Both the position numbers and the translations under genes were made by a program. A stretch of DNA of 62,282 bases, counting the filler, from Dirinaria sp. TL-2023a (taxonomy: Eukaryota), in the NCBI GenBank assembly GCA_051941275.1. It is 29 parts of 29 records of this genome, joined end to end, with 100 filler letters (N's around TTAATTAATTAA, not from the genome) between each part and the next. Parts side by side here need not be neighbours in the genome. Positions count along the whole stretch, not along the records: positions 10,865 to 12,931 come from JAVEBF010002411.1; positions 13,032 to 15,096 come from JAVEBF010002412.1; positions 15,197 to 17,260 come from JAVEBF010002413.1; positions 17,361 to 19,423 come from JAVEBF010002414.1; positions 19,524 to 21,586 come from JAVEBF010002415.1; positions 21,687 to 23,745 come from JAVEBF010002416.1; 23 more parts are not named here. One strand, written 5' to 3'. The first letter of the stretch is position 1; each line of letters starts with the position of its first letter. Shown in pieces: positions 11,381 through 23,845 of this stretch. A model generated the notes under the pieces. That model was not told the origin of the DNA and made no database searches. It saw nothing but the letters and a program-made list of their open reading frames with translations.

Positions 11381-12335
11381 GTCCAGGCCCTCCGGCCGGT
11401 CAATGCACTCTATGCAAATCTCACAGTCCTACACTGCCAATAGATACAGGCTCTTCTCATTCAGCCCAACCTGCGCGTGCCTCTGCTTCACCTTCCTCTT
11501 TTTTCCTAAAGATCAGCGCAAGTACTATCCAAGGGAGGCTGACTTTACGAGAATGCTCCACAAGTGCCGAAAGCCTAGGTTGGAATTGAGCCCGACAAGG
11601 GCGCTCGAATCCTGCTCGCCAGCATCCGACCTCTTCGTTAATCAAAGAAACGGAGGTAATTGTTCAGACAAATCAAATTACTTCCGGACGGATTGAAATT
11701 GTAGATATTGAGTTAGGGTTTTGGCAATTGACCTAGAGCATTTTCAAAGTTTAATTGACTAGATTGCCTTGGAAGAGCTTGCTCGCTCGTTCTACGAATC
11801 GGCGACTTGAAGCATCAAATTACGCTCAAAATTATTCTGTTTATTATCGTTGTCGTAAAACATTTTAGGTTTATAAATTAGGTTAAGGTACCGAGGTACC
11901 TCGAGAGTAGCGAAGCGCTAACCCGCTTGAGCGACTTACTTCTTGGCAGCAAGCCTTAGTTTCCCTGAGCTCATGGCATTCATCAACAGTCACCTATATG
12001 AAAAGTCTTTTAATCAGAAAAGATGCCGAATCTCGTTCAATCAGCGAAGACAATAGTCCAAAGCTTGCAGGCGCGATGCAGGGAATACGAGAGAGACACA
12101 AGGCCATTTGTGATTTAGCGAAGCAGTCTTTATGAGGAATATTCGATCAATATCGGCACCAAGACGCGGCCTCATTCAAACAGAAGCATAAGTATCAAGT
12201 GTGCGATATCGATGTTACGAATATCTATTGCTGACCTGACTGGAAAACCCGACGAATACTAATACTACTATATCCTTTGGCACAGGAAACCTACTGACAC
12301 CTAGCATTGCTGTTTGCTGAAAGCAACTCATGGTG

Positions 12336-12931
12336 TTAAGCGCGTCGCGTAGCGTTGAGAAACTCCATCAGAAGCCGCGTTGCATCAACAAGATCCTTTG
12401 TCGCCGCTCCTCTCAGCCATTTGTGCCCCATTGGATCTATTTTCCAATGGTTCACAATACTCGTTGCCCTTCCACAGGAGTAAGTAACATGATGAACCTG
12501 GTCATTTTCAGAATTTCGAGTAGTGTTCTGTGGCGGGTCCGGACAGCCATCTCGTACAGCCCAACCAGCCAGCCATTCAGGGATAGCAGGCAGAGGTCCG
12601 CCATTGCCGTCGGTCTTGCCACTGTAATCGGCAGTTCGATCGGCACCGCCATGGATCTCGAAGATCCGTGCGGGTGTACGGCGAGCAGGTTTGCAGCAAT
12701 CTTCAGGCAGCTGGCGATAGAATGCGCCTGCGACTGCGGCAAAGGCCGCAAAGTCACCGCCATGGGTCGGGGAGCACGCAAGGGAGCCTCCAAAGCCGCC
12801 ACCGTTGGATTTGCCGCTGGCGTATATCCGGTTGGTATCTATGCAGTAGTTGCCCTTTAGGTGGTTTAGAAGATCGGTCGTGGAATTCTTGTCGCTGACG
12901 TTTGGTGTGGCATATGAAGGGCCTTCCCAGT
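12336..12931 (-). CDS. CE1-type carbohydrate (feruloyl) esterase, C-terminal part; absent from the ORF track
   Basis: Manual translation: NYCIDTNRIYASGKSNGGGF (GxSxG nucleophile)...FAAFAAVAGAFY...EIHGGAD...WAVRDGC...MGHKW...EFLNATRRA*. Confidence 0.85.
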
Positions 12932-13031
12932 NNNNNNNNNNNNNNNNNNNNNNNNNNNNNNNNNNNNNNNNNNNNTTAATTAATTAANNNNNNNNNNNNN
13001 NNNNNNNNNNNNNNNNNNNNNNNNNNNNNNN

Positions 13032-13087
<56 letters not shown>
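13032..13087 (+). repeat. Poly(A) tract, 56 nt, at a contig edge
   Basis: Direct reading. Confidence 0.9.
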
Positions 13088-13090
<3 letters not shown>

Positions 13091-15291
13091 AGAGTCCAGA
13101 CCTACATCTTGAATAGACGTATTTACTTCGGCAGTTGGCCATCATTAACAGTAGCGCTTGCCAGGCTTAGTGACGTGGACCGAGGAAGAACTCAACAAAG
13201 ATTTAAAAGCGAGACTATGAGCAATTTTTCACCTACGATCAATGGAGGCCATTTTCTATCGGATGATTTTGAAGGTCTTTCGCGAAATTCGCCTGCTGGA
13301 GGGATGCCATTCATATGAGCCAGGATAGGATGCCGAGAAAAGGTCAAATACCTAGACAGGCTCACGTCATGCGAAATTATTTGACGCCGTACTCACCGGG
13401 TCTGGCTAGTATGCCTGCCTACTGGCTAGCCGGGAGAGTCTGATGGAAGATTCGAGCGATCGAGACGGGGGATTTTACGAATACCACCAATCGTTCCTGT
13501 TTTAGTGCCATCCGACTCGAGTCGGAAAAGTCGTCGAGCCAGACTCTGTACTCCACCTGGAGGAGAAAAATTCGACAGCTCTCGTGACGTTATTCCCGTG
13601 GCCGAGGTGGCGACTCCACACGCCGAGCCTCATGGGAGGCCCAGCGAAAGTCTATCCTTTGCCACCACCCAGGCTCGCAAGTTTCCAAGAGAGAAGATGC
13701 GATGGGAAAATTTCATTGAAGGGTGTCTCTCTTGACCATATGTTGAATCGGCCTCAATAATAACATACAAGCTGCTAACAAGTGGCATCTCTTATCTGCG
13801 TGTCGTTGACGAGGGCACGAGATCCCAGATGGAGGCTGACTATCCATTACTCCTTTCGGAATCACTATCTGCCGATCAAAGGCTTGGCCAGGTACGGTAG
13901 TTGGTGTCTCTAAGACCGAGTAGACACGAGAGGGAATAAGGTAATGCCTGGAAATGCTCAAGCGCTGGATTACCCCAGGTTTTAGACTGCGACCATGGCA
14001 ACGCCGTTGGAATTCGGTTCCAGCCGGATCTTTGAAAACAGTGGGTCTACGCTAGACAGAGAAAAAGAGCAGAAAGGAACAACAAGATATTCGCCCGCAT
14101 CTTCGACTTGGTGCTTGGACGCGGTCTTGAAAGTGGCAATTCTACATTATTCTCTCGAGTCGGGACAAGAATTTCTGATGAGTATGGTGTCTGTTGCAAG
14201 GGATCGAATTAAGGTAATCCGTCACTGCTGGCAGGAATCATATCAATATCAAGATGGATGAAGGATGATGTGGAAATGGAAATACCGTACGTGTGAGCTG
14301 TCTCATTAACATGATTACCTGGGCCTCCATGTGTGATGCGCGCAAGGGGGTTTATCTCCGATCCTCGTGATGCAGCCTTCCACCAATCATGGAAGCGAAT
14401 TGGTCGGGTGGAGCTCTGATCAGCCTTGAGCTCTGCTGTTTACGGACAGATTATTGAGGGCCAGGGCAGCCAGAAACAAAGCTGCACCGCATGGCTGCAG
14501 GGCTGATATTCTACACGTACTGTAGATGCAGGCCTGTGGATCTGTGCCCTGTCGAGTGTCGACTGACGCGCCTGTCCAGTGTTCCCCCACCAAATTCCGA
14601 CAACAAAGCTCAAGGCAACCGAGGCTATGGAGGACGGAATAATACTTATCTTACCTTATCTACAATGACACACACCTACAACGGGTGTCGCACGAAACCA
14701 CGAGGCCGAACGGCAGTTACTTTTTGAATCTCTCGGTCCAAGCCTTCAGGTTTCCCTCTGCATGCAGTGCCAAGCATTTAATGTATCCAGATGCAGGGTC
14801 GATTTCACCCAAATCACCTAATTGCCCCGACGCCTCGCTGCCTGTCAATAACGCTACCAACTCCAGTCCATTCCGCCCCCACTGCGGCACTGTCATCATC
14901 CCCAATGGACTTCACGATGTGAGAAAAATAATATATGTGTTTCGCAAGATGGAGAAGAATTGCAAGAGCTCGGGTTTAGTAGTAAGGTCCAAAAAAAATT
15001 GAATTGTGCACCGTCGTATGGGCTGGTTGTCGGCGCAACCCCAGGACGGGAGTCTAGACTCTTTCCGGTTGCAAGGTAACATGGTATCGTGCATCCNNNN
15101 NNNNNNNNNNNNNNNNNNNNNNNNNNNNNNNNNNNNNNNNTTAATTAATTAANNNNNNNNNNNNNNNNNNNNNNNNNNNNNNNNNNNNNNNNNNNNACGA
15201 ATTAGAGTCATGCCTCGCGTCGCGTCTTTGATAGCATTTTGTCTCCGCATGCTTTTTCTCATGTCTTTCTTGCCTTACACATCCTCGAACC

Positions 15292-16052
15292 ATGGCGGGA
15301 TATGAACCGACCACAGACCTTGAATCGGGCCTCCATCATGATGAGCCTCAGCCCCCTCCTCTCATCACCAAATGCTCGATCAAGTCCTTCCTGAGTGAAG
15401 CATCAGTGATCCTACATCGACTCTACATCACAGCTCGCGACACACTTCTGCGACTATTTACTCGGAACAAAGCCACAGAACCAGATCCGATCCCTGCCTC
15501 TGCCCTGGAATCCCTGCCCACGGAGCTCAAATTCGAGATCTTGAAATCTATCTCAGATTTTGCAACTCTCTCCGCTCTTGTACACGCCTCGCCTCGTTTC
15601 CATCAAGCCTATGTCACTATTCGCTGGGAGCTTTTGCCTAGGATCGCTTGGCTCGAATTAGAAGCACAAAGGATCGTATTTACTGGCCCGATTCAGCATC
15701 GCAAGGTCTAATCCAGAACAGGCATCTTAGCTATCATAACTACCCCTTCTATCTCGAAAACCTGCATAAGGTCTGCCGAAAGGAAGCACCGCTTTACGCT
15801 AAACATAGCTACCCCTTCTATCTCGAAAAGGTGCATAAGGTCTGCCAATTGGAAGCACCGCTTGACGCTTTCTACCATCCAGTGCATCCAGGCAAGACGG
15901 TCAGTTTGTAGATGAAGCAGTGTATCGCGCTTCTGACCATCAAGGAGAAGTTGGATTGGGAAGTCATAAAGTCAACTGACGGGATCTATGTGGTCGCTGT
16001 TAATCATAGTCCGATGGATGCGTACAGGCATTTATGTGCTGCAGGTTGCTAG
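15292..16052 (+). pseudogene. F-box-like protein gene, apparently disrupted, with an internal 69-bp tandem duplication
   Basis: LESLPTELKFEILKSISDFATLSALVHASPRFHQAY F-box-like motif. Frame change near 15710 and an in-frame TAG at 15909-15911 followed by MKQCIALLTI. Confidence 0.5.
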
Positions 16053-16659
16053 GCTGAATGCAATTGTTGGAGGTCATGGCCATTAGGGTATGCTCGAGGA
16101 TGGACTTGTGGTGGACAACTATAGACTGCTCAACGCGAAGCAGACGAGCAAAGCAATGAGAGTAGTGCGAGAACTATGAAAAGCGTTTGAGAAAAGAACC
16201 ATCGAGGTTCTACAAACAAAAAGAATCCACTCTAACCTCTTTTCCGAGATGACCATTCTTCCCTTAAACCCTGCTCTCGCTTTATATCAACGACGATGAC
16301 TGACTGGATTGAAAGAAATTTCATGTTCTCTTGAACAACGTATCCAAGCCATTACTTGCTTTGACGACCCCATCTTCACCTAGTGCCACATACACTAGGA
16401 ATACACCAGTGCTTGGCTACGGCGAGCCCTTGAGGCCCAAAGCGAAATTTGATACGCAACTCTCCGTTCTGGGAACAAAGCCTTGACATCCCATCATTTA
16501 ACACTTAAAGCATTTAGTAATCTTACAATGCTTATTGAAAACTTCTAGACTTCAGATTCAACATTGAATTGCTTAGCTAGAGTGACTTTAGAGTAAAGCT
16601 AGATCCTCCAAATCTATTACTGCAGGAAATTCTGTCAGTGCATACTACTGTTTTTCAAC

Positions 16660-17260
16660 ATGGCTTCAGAGAAGCCGGGTAGAGGTAAACATGGGATCCA
16701 CAAGAAATTCTGGGAAGCAACACTAATACCACAATAGTCGTATTCATAGGTACGGTGCCAAACCAGACATAGCGCTGCATCCACTGTGCAATAGACTGCA
16801 AGCTACCACGATCATTCCAAACATTGTCTTCAGCGAAATCGCTTCTAACAGCTTCTCCAACAGGGAATATCCCCTACGGCCTTACGGAGGAGCAAGTACG
16901 TCTCACATATCATCGCAATACATTCGTGCCGCTAAACAGTTGCTAGATCGTGCACATCCTCAGCTCCGTAGGCCAAGTGCTCAACTTCCGCCTCGTATAC
17001 GACAACGACACAGGCCGGCCCAAGGGCTTCGGATTCGCGGAATTCAACGACACCGACGCAGCGGCGTCCGCAGTGCGAAATCTGAACAACCACGAAGTCA
17101 TGGGCCGACAGCTACGCGTCGACTTCTCACACGTAGGTGGGAAGGAGGATAAAGAGGACAAGTCACAGGCACAACAACAGCAGCAGCAACAACAACAACA
17201 ACAACAACCAGCGATCCCAAACGGCTTAAACGCCCCACCTCCCGACTCCACCTCGATAAA
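16660..17260 (+). CDS. RNA15: mRNA 3'-end processing factor Rna15/CstF-64, N-terminal RRM; exons 16660-16684, 16738-16749, 16864-16895, 16947-end
   Basis: Spliced product MASEKPGRVVFIGNIPYGLTEEQIVHILSSVGQVLNFRLVYDNDTGRPKGFGFAEF...AVRNLN, then polyQ. Confidence 0.9.
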
Positions 17261-17360
17261 NNNNNNNNNNNNNNNNNNNNNNNNNNNNNNNNNNNNNNNN
17301 NNNNTTAATTAATTAANNNNNNNNNNNNNNNNNNNNNNNNNNNNNNNNNNNNNNNNNNNN

Positions 17361-17532
17361 ATTTACCAGAATCATAGGTATTCTGGTACCAAACGGAGTC
17401 GCTGGCGACGTTCTGAGGTTCTTGGCGCTGCTGCTGTTGAGGCTGCTGCTGGAACATTTGCTCGAAGAATTGGAATTGCGCCGTGCAGAGGGAGGCGAAT
17501 ACGAATACCAGACACGACAGCGGAAGTAGCAT
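17361..17532 (-). CDS. LCL2: Long chronological lifespan protein 2, first exon
   Basis: Signal peptide followed by AQFQFFEQMF...QNVASDSVWYQNTY. Divergent from APM1. Confidence 0.8.
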
Positions 17533-17869
17533 CTTGGCTTTTCGTGAAGACACAGATCGTGAAGCTGCGCTTGTCGAGAGTTGATTTTTTGCACTCACTG
17601 ACTTGCAGTCGAGAAGGCCAGGTTGCGGGCGGAATAAACCAATAGAGTAGCAGATGAGACACTAAACCGCTTCGGGACGGTGGTTTTTGATATTCGATTG
17701 TCCGCTGCCTGGTCTTAGAGGACTCTGCATTTATGGAAACCCATGTGACTCCTGCGCTTTCTGCTTCGGTTCTTAGGATGAATCTACCAGCTCCACGTTC
17801 GGAAATCACATAACTCCCACGGGGCCCCGTCCACTGGGTTCAATCGAAGGCCACTGCCTTAAACCAATC

Positions 17870-19393
17870 ATGGCCTCCGCAGTGTTCTTCCTCGACTTAA
17901 AGGGCAAGGCAAGCTTTCTTCCGACAGCAAATGATGGTGCAAAAATTGACAATCGGTGTTTAGACCCTGCTCGCCCGCAACTACAGGGGAGACATCCCCA
18001 TGTCCGCCGTCGAAAAATTCCCCATCCTCCTCTCCGAAGCCGAAGAAGAAAGCTCCGCCGTCCCACCCTGTTTCTCCGACGAAGGCATAAATGTATGACC
18101 CAATGCTCTGCGCACTTCACCGTCCTACAACCTTCCTCACAGCAAAAAACATTCTTTCTGACAGATGGCTGGGTACTCCAATATCTACAGTACCTCTACA
18201 TCAGGCATAACAACCTATTTCTCCTTGCCCTTACCAAACGCAACACGAACGCGACCGAGATTCTGCTCTTCCTCCACAAGATCGTGGAAGTCTTCACCGA
18301 ATATTTCAAAGAGCTGGAGGAGGAGAGTATACGGGACAACTTCGTGATAATTTACGAATTACTGGACGAGATGATGGATTTCGGGTACCCACAGACCACA
18401 GAGAGCAAAATACTGCAGGAGTAAGCCATTCTCGTTGTTCTGGCGCCCCATAACACGCTTGGCGGCGGAATCTGTGCGCGGACGAAGGCTTGATATCTGA
18501 AGGCTGACACCGTTGGTTGGGGCTGGTGCAGATACATAACACAAGAATCGCACAAATTGGAAATCCAAGCCCGACCCCCTATTGCCGTCACCAACGCCGT
18601 CTCCTGGCGGTCCGAAGGGATCCGCTATCGCAAAAACGAAGTCTTCCTCGACGTCATCGAGTCTCTAAATCTCCTTGTCTCCTCCACGGGTAACGTGCTA
18701 CGGTCGGAAATTCTTGGCGCTGTCAAGTTGAAATGCTATCTAAGCGGTATGCCGGAGCTACGATTAGGACTGAACGATAAAGTGATGTTCGAAACGACTG
18801 GGCGAGCGACGCGAGGTAAGGCGGTGGAGATGGAGGACGTCAAATTCCACCAGTGCGTGCGGTTGTCCCGGTTCGAGAACGATCGGACGATCAGTTTCAT
18901 TCCCCCAGACGGGGAATTTGAGCTGATGAGCTACCGGTTGAATACGCAGGTGAAGCCACTGATCTGGGTGGAGAGCGATGTGAGGTCTCATTCGGGATCG
19001 AGGATCGAGTACACGTTGAAGGCGAGGGCGCAGTTTAAGCGCCGCTCCACAGCCAACAATGTGGAGATCCTGGTTCCCGTGCCCGAAGACGCAGACACGC
19101 CTCGCTTCCGCACGAACATTGGCTCGGTGCACTACGCGCCCGAGAAGTCGGCCATTATTTGGAAAATCAAGCAATTCGGGGGTGGTAAAGAATTCCTGAT
19201 GCGGGCCGAACTGGGTTTGCCATCTGTCAAAGGGGATGATGAGCACGGAGGCGGTATGACTGGTGGGTTTGGGGGAAGCATGGGTGGCGCACAGGGCGGG
19301 AAAGGGAAACGACCGATCAGCGTCAAGTTCGAGATCCCCTACTTCACCACCAGCGGCATCCAAGTGCGTTACTTGAAGATTATAGAGCCGAAG
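17870..19393 (+). CDS. APM1: AP-1 adaptor complex mu subunit; introns 17909-17963 (GC-AG), 18093-18190, 18421-18531; last exon missing
   Basis: MASAVFFLDLKGKTLLARNYRGDIP...RDNFVIIYELLDEMMDFGYPQTT...YRKNEVFLDV...DVKFHQCVRL...FIPPDGEFELMSYR. Confidence 0.96.
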
Positions 19394-19633
19394 GTGTGTC
19401 TGATCCCTCGTCCCCCCTCGTCCNNNNNNNNNNNNNNNNNNNNNNNNNNNNNNNNNNNNNNNNNNNNTTAATTAATTAANNNNNNNNNNNNNNNNNNNNN
19501 NNNNNNNNNNNNNNNNNNNNNNNGGTTGATTCGTCGCAAAGTGGTGGCTCAGCGGGACATAAGGTGTTGACCGTCCATGGAATTTAAATTATATATATTG
19601 TAATTAGATCAAATGTTTTCGGTTACCACGGAG

Positions 19634-19741
19634 ACAGTGGTGGTGTAGCGGTAAAGTCCGCGAATACTATCGAGTTCGATAGCTCACACCCACTCAATAC
19701 GGTTGATCCCCCTTTTGCGGGTTCGAATCCTGGTGTGTGCA
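19634..19741 (+). pseudogene. Degenerate tRNA-like / Pol III element
   Basis: A-box TGGTGTAGCGG (19641), B-box GGTTCGAATCC (about 19720), oligo-T right after. The acceptor stem does not pair and no anticodon can be assigned. Confidence 0.5.
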
Positions 19742-20604
19742 AACTTTTTTTTTTTTTCATTTGAAATCTTGAGGTGTTTCTATTTCTCTCTAGTGACGGT
19801 CAATGTTAATCTTTGATTCCTTCTTACAACTATGTTTAGGCACAGGTCATAGATGCATCGCATTCCAATCGGTTTTGCGCACACTCTGGATTGGAAGCCA
19901 GGAGTCGTGTTGTTGATGCATGGTCACTTGATCTACATTGATAGGAAGGCCTGTCCCCGGCCGCCGGGCATTCGTCCCCATGGTTGCCCATACTGATGCA
20001 TCTCTTTTCAATGCAGCAATCGCTCATTCACATTATCAATGACTGACTAGAGAGGAGAAGATACGCGAGAAAGCACAAACAGTAATGCTTTCTTCAGGTC
20101 TGAGAGCCACCGTGATCATTCCTTCATCGGATCGAGGCCGAGCTATGAGAAGAAAATGCTAGCTGCGTTCTCCATACTTCCGCACAGCATACATGGGAAA
20201 GCTAACATATAAACAAGAGAATGTACAGAGCCACGCGACATAGCAGATGATCTGATCCACTTAGACTACTGGGGAACTCGCCAATGCCTACAAAGCTGAG
20301 AAGTCTCCCAATAACCATACAGACCAGCACCACGGGCTTGCAAATCACATCATTCACGGTCGACCATGAATTCCGTTTTCACCTACCTGTGGGTATGCTA
20401 AACAGATGGCACGTTGTTGGAAAAAAAGCCTGCAGCCAAGGCACTACTGATGCAAGAGTCGCCACTATCGCCACCAACCATCTTGGCTTTGAGACTGGCC
20501 GCGACCCAAACACAGCTTCGTCGCCCATCCGCTTATACTTCAACGCCTAACGAGTCATACATACATACATGAGTGGTATCAGCAACGCGTGCCTGGACAG
20601 CCTC

Positions 20605-20607
<3 letters not shown>

Positions 20608-20656
<49 letters not shown>
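20608..20656 (+). repeat. (TG)n microsatellite, about 24 units
   Basis: Direct reading. Confidence 0.95.
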
Positions 20657-20657
<1 letters not shown>

Positions 20658-22663
20658 GGCGAGCGTGCATGCGCACTCCGTGACCGACATGGCAGACGAA
20701 GAACTCAGCATCGATTACGGCAATGGCCACTGAACGCCTGGAGCGGCGCAGAGCTATTACGAGTGCCACGCTGCCGGCTATAAATCTCGCTTATCAAACG
20801 ATCGGGATTTGGAGTGAGTGGTGGAGTTATGTCAAACAATCATCTCATATAACGGCAACGCGGTGATGAGAAGGAGGGAAGGGGCATAGGTTGACCACCA
20901 TACTATATGTATGAAATCGGCGCCATCAACGATTCTTAAATTCCCGAGTATTTCGTTCCTATCGCTGCGACTTTAGCCTGCACGTTTTACCCCCTCTTTC
21001 TTCTCATTCCTTGTCCTTCCCGATCCCGGCCTCCGCCGCAAAACCCTATTCCTTCCCTACCATCGATGGGACCGCTTGGCAGCCTTACTGTTCGTGCAGC
21101 TCCAATATCTCAAACTTCTCCTTTCGCTTGTTCTCTATTAGCATAGCAAGCTTGAATGAAGGGTCTAGGTCTGCGTATTTGGACCCACGAGTGACGGTTT
21201 TGTCCTTCGGCTGCCTTGCAGCCTACACTGGTGTTTCACACTGCACCGGTTGTAGTGTGATTTGATACCGCTTCCTGCGTGGATAACTTGCTTTATATTA
21301 CTTAAAACCTTCGATATCAGAAGTAGCGCGTCAGCTCTCGACGGCTAGCCAGGACAACGTCCGCGACGTCCATGACCTTTAGAGATCTGGGCTTGAAGCC
21401 CGTGGGTCCTCTGGTTTTACTTTGGCCCATATGGACTGCCTTGTAAGATTCTAGCTATTGGGGTTTTCAGGATAGCTGGATACGGTCGTTGGAAGGTCTC
21501 GTGATCTGCTATTTCCTTGAGTTTTCCTTGGGAGTAACATGCTTCAATTCCTAATAGGTAACTACTACTGCTACACTACCCTACTTNNNNNNNNNNNNNN
21601 NNNNNNNNNNNNNNNNNNNNNNNNNNNNNNTTAATTAATTAANNNNNNNNNNNNNNNNNNNNNNNNNNNNNNNNNNNNNNNNNNNNGATATCAGCTAGTA
21701 ATGCCTCAATATTCGCGACGCGTGCTGGCGAGCGTGTTGACGATGAGATGGGTTGCGAGTCAGAAATCTTCAGAGAGAATAACATCGTGTCAATGAGAGT
21801 GTCAGAGAATAACGTCGCTGTCGATGACGATAAGGATGTCGTTGTCGATGAGAATGTCGATGCAGTTGATTTCTGAGCGCGACGGGTAATTCTTCTAACT
21901 CTAGCGAACTGTCGAATTGGAGGCATTGTAGTTCTGAGATATAAACTAACTAGTGAATCTAGTGTTAAAAAGCGTTTTGCGATGCGAAAATCGAGTGCGA
22001 TTTGATATTAAAACAGGCGATGGAGCAATGGTGATGACCAATCCAAGATGAGGCTCATGGTGATCTAAATACACACTACCAAGTCAACTACCAAAATCTC
22101 ACTGCTCATACTGCTAATCGAATTGGGATAGACCTTGACGATATGCGACATACGCAAGTTGCTTTGAGAGTATTGCTTTACAATCATTGCTTGAAAATTC
22201 AATACTTGAAAATCAATGCTTTGAAATCAACAAAACATTGCTTAAAAATCAACAATGCATTGACCTAGATGACAATGTCAGCAACGCACCCGGTAGACAT
22301 CTAGACACTTCCCCCTAGTCCTGTTAGACACTACAGTGAAGCACAATTCGTCGATGTATATTCGTTTTATCATTTCCGGCCGCGTTTTTAGCCGTTGAAC
22401 TCGATCAGAGAATATCGTTGAAAATTTTGAACCACTTAGCAGTCATTCGTATTTAGCTTTTGTCAAGAGACGGATATAGATCGAAATAAACTGACAGAAT
22501 CTCTCGATAACAGATTCATCAATCAGAGAATAGCGACTTCCGCATAGCTTAGAGACGAATGCATACTGCTCAATTAAATTTTTTAAATTCGTAATTCATA
22601 GCACAGTTTATTCACATATCATCGTCTCTCTGATGTTTTATTTCAGTGTCTTACGCTTGAAAT

Positions 22664-22793
22664 TGTCAAAGACCCAACCTTGATTAGATAGGTTTCCCAA
22701 TGGTAAAAGTCCCGGCAGCGCCAAAAGACTAACTAAACCAAGTCAAGGGACTTGGTGCCTATCTTACTACTTAGGTGTTCTAGGGTCGTAACA
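22664..22793 (+). mobile_element. Short LTR (130 bp), same family as 5190..5325
   Basis: TGTCAAAG...GGGTCGTAACA. No matching TSD seen. Confidence 0.7.
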
Positions 22794-23745
22794 TTCAATT
22801 CTCGCGAGCTCAAAAAGCTCTTCAATAATTAATCGAATCGTGTTGCGTAGTATGATGATGTCACGAAAATCGAAATGAAATCGATTGCGCGATTCGTCAA
22901 AATTATGAAAATCTACTCTCAGATGATTAGACATTTCGTTACATCGCTGCAGCTTCGTGACGAGCTAAACAAAGCACTCATCACATATCGTTATCGCATG
23001 TACACACACTTCGAGTCATACATCGTCGAGTCGATTATGCGTCTAAACGAAACGTACTTGTGTGCTCGTCACACTCAAGATTTAGATGACGTCGATGATT
23101 GACGCATTTTCGACTCGTCGTTAGAATCTCTAACGCTGATAAAAAAGAAAGTCGTTAGAGTAAAGTCTGTATCGACGACATCGTCATCTAACGTCAGCAG
23201 AGTATCGACAGAATACTGTCGCAGATGAAGCAACGATGTTGAGTGTTCGAAGAATTGCAAGTATAAACACGTCTGTTTCAAATATCAGTCACATGAGCAC
23301 ATAACAAAAAATTGCAAACAGGTGCTATCTTTCAGCAACTTTATACTCTTATTCGTCAAGTCACGTCGATGATTTGTATCGATGTCTACATCGCTGCAGT
23401 CAATTAGTGAGATCTTTCTTTATGATATCACATCTGTCGATGAGACATCGTTTGACGATCCGAGATCTCTCAAAACTTCAAAATAAGTATATTTTTTGAG
23501 AGAACACTCGGATCAAAAGTTTGTAAACACATTGGTCAGAATATTCACTCACGGCGCTAAAATCGAGTATATCGATTCGAAAAGTCTATTTTTGACTCTC
23601 AATTATCTTTCTGCTTCTTCTGCATTTGAAATTCTCACTGTCGATTTCATCAAACAAATGAAGACACATCGCATCATTCGCGTGTCGAGAACGTCGACGA
23701 GACGCTTCGTATTATCATCGTTAGATCTAGTATCTAAAACATTTG
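22794..23745 (+). mobile_element. Degenerate DIRS/Ngaro-like (tyrosine recombinase) retrotransposon: gag tail with Cys/His finger and start of the RT ORF
   Basis: YCRR*SNDVECSKNCKYKHVC finger, then HSDQKFVNTLVRIFTHGAKIEY...NYLSA...FVLSSLDLVSK, matching HPD..F...G..IGY...N..SA...SPLGLVPK once CC>TC and GG>GA are reverted. Confidence 0.6.
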
Positions 23746-23845
23746 NNNNNNNNNNNNNNNNNNNNNNNNNNNNNNNNNNNNNNNNNNNNTTAATTAATTA
23801 ANNNNNNNNNNNNNNNNNNNNNNNNNNNNNNNNNNNNNNNNNNNN

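Noticed and set aside
19634..19741. Functional tRNA gene
   Set aside because: Acceptor stem unpaired and no clear anticodon arm; kept only as a tRNA-like element.
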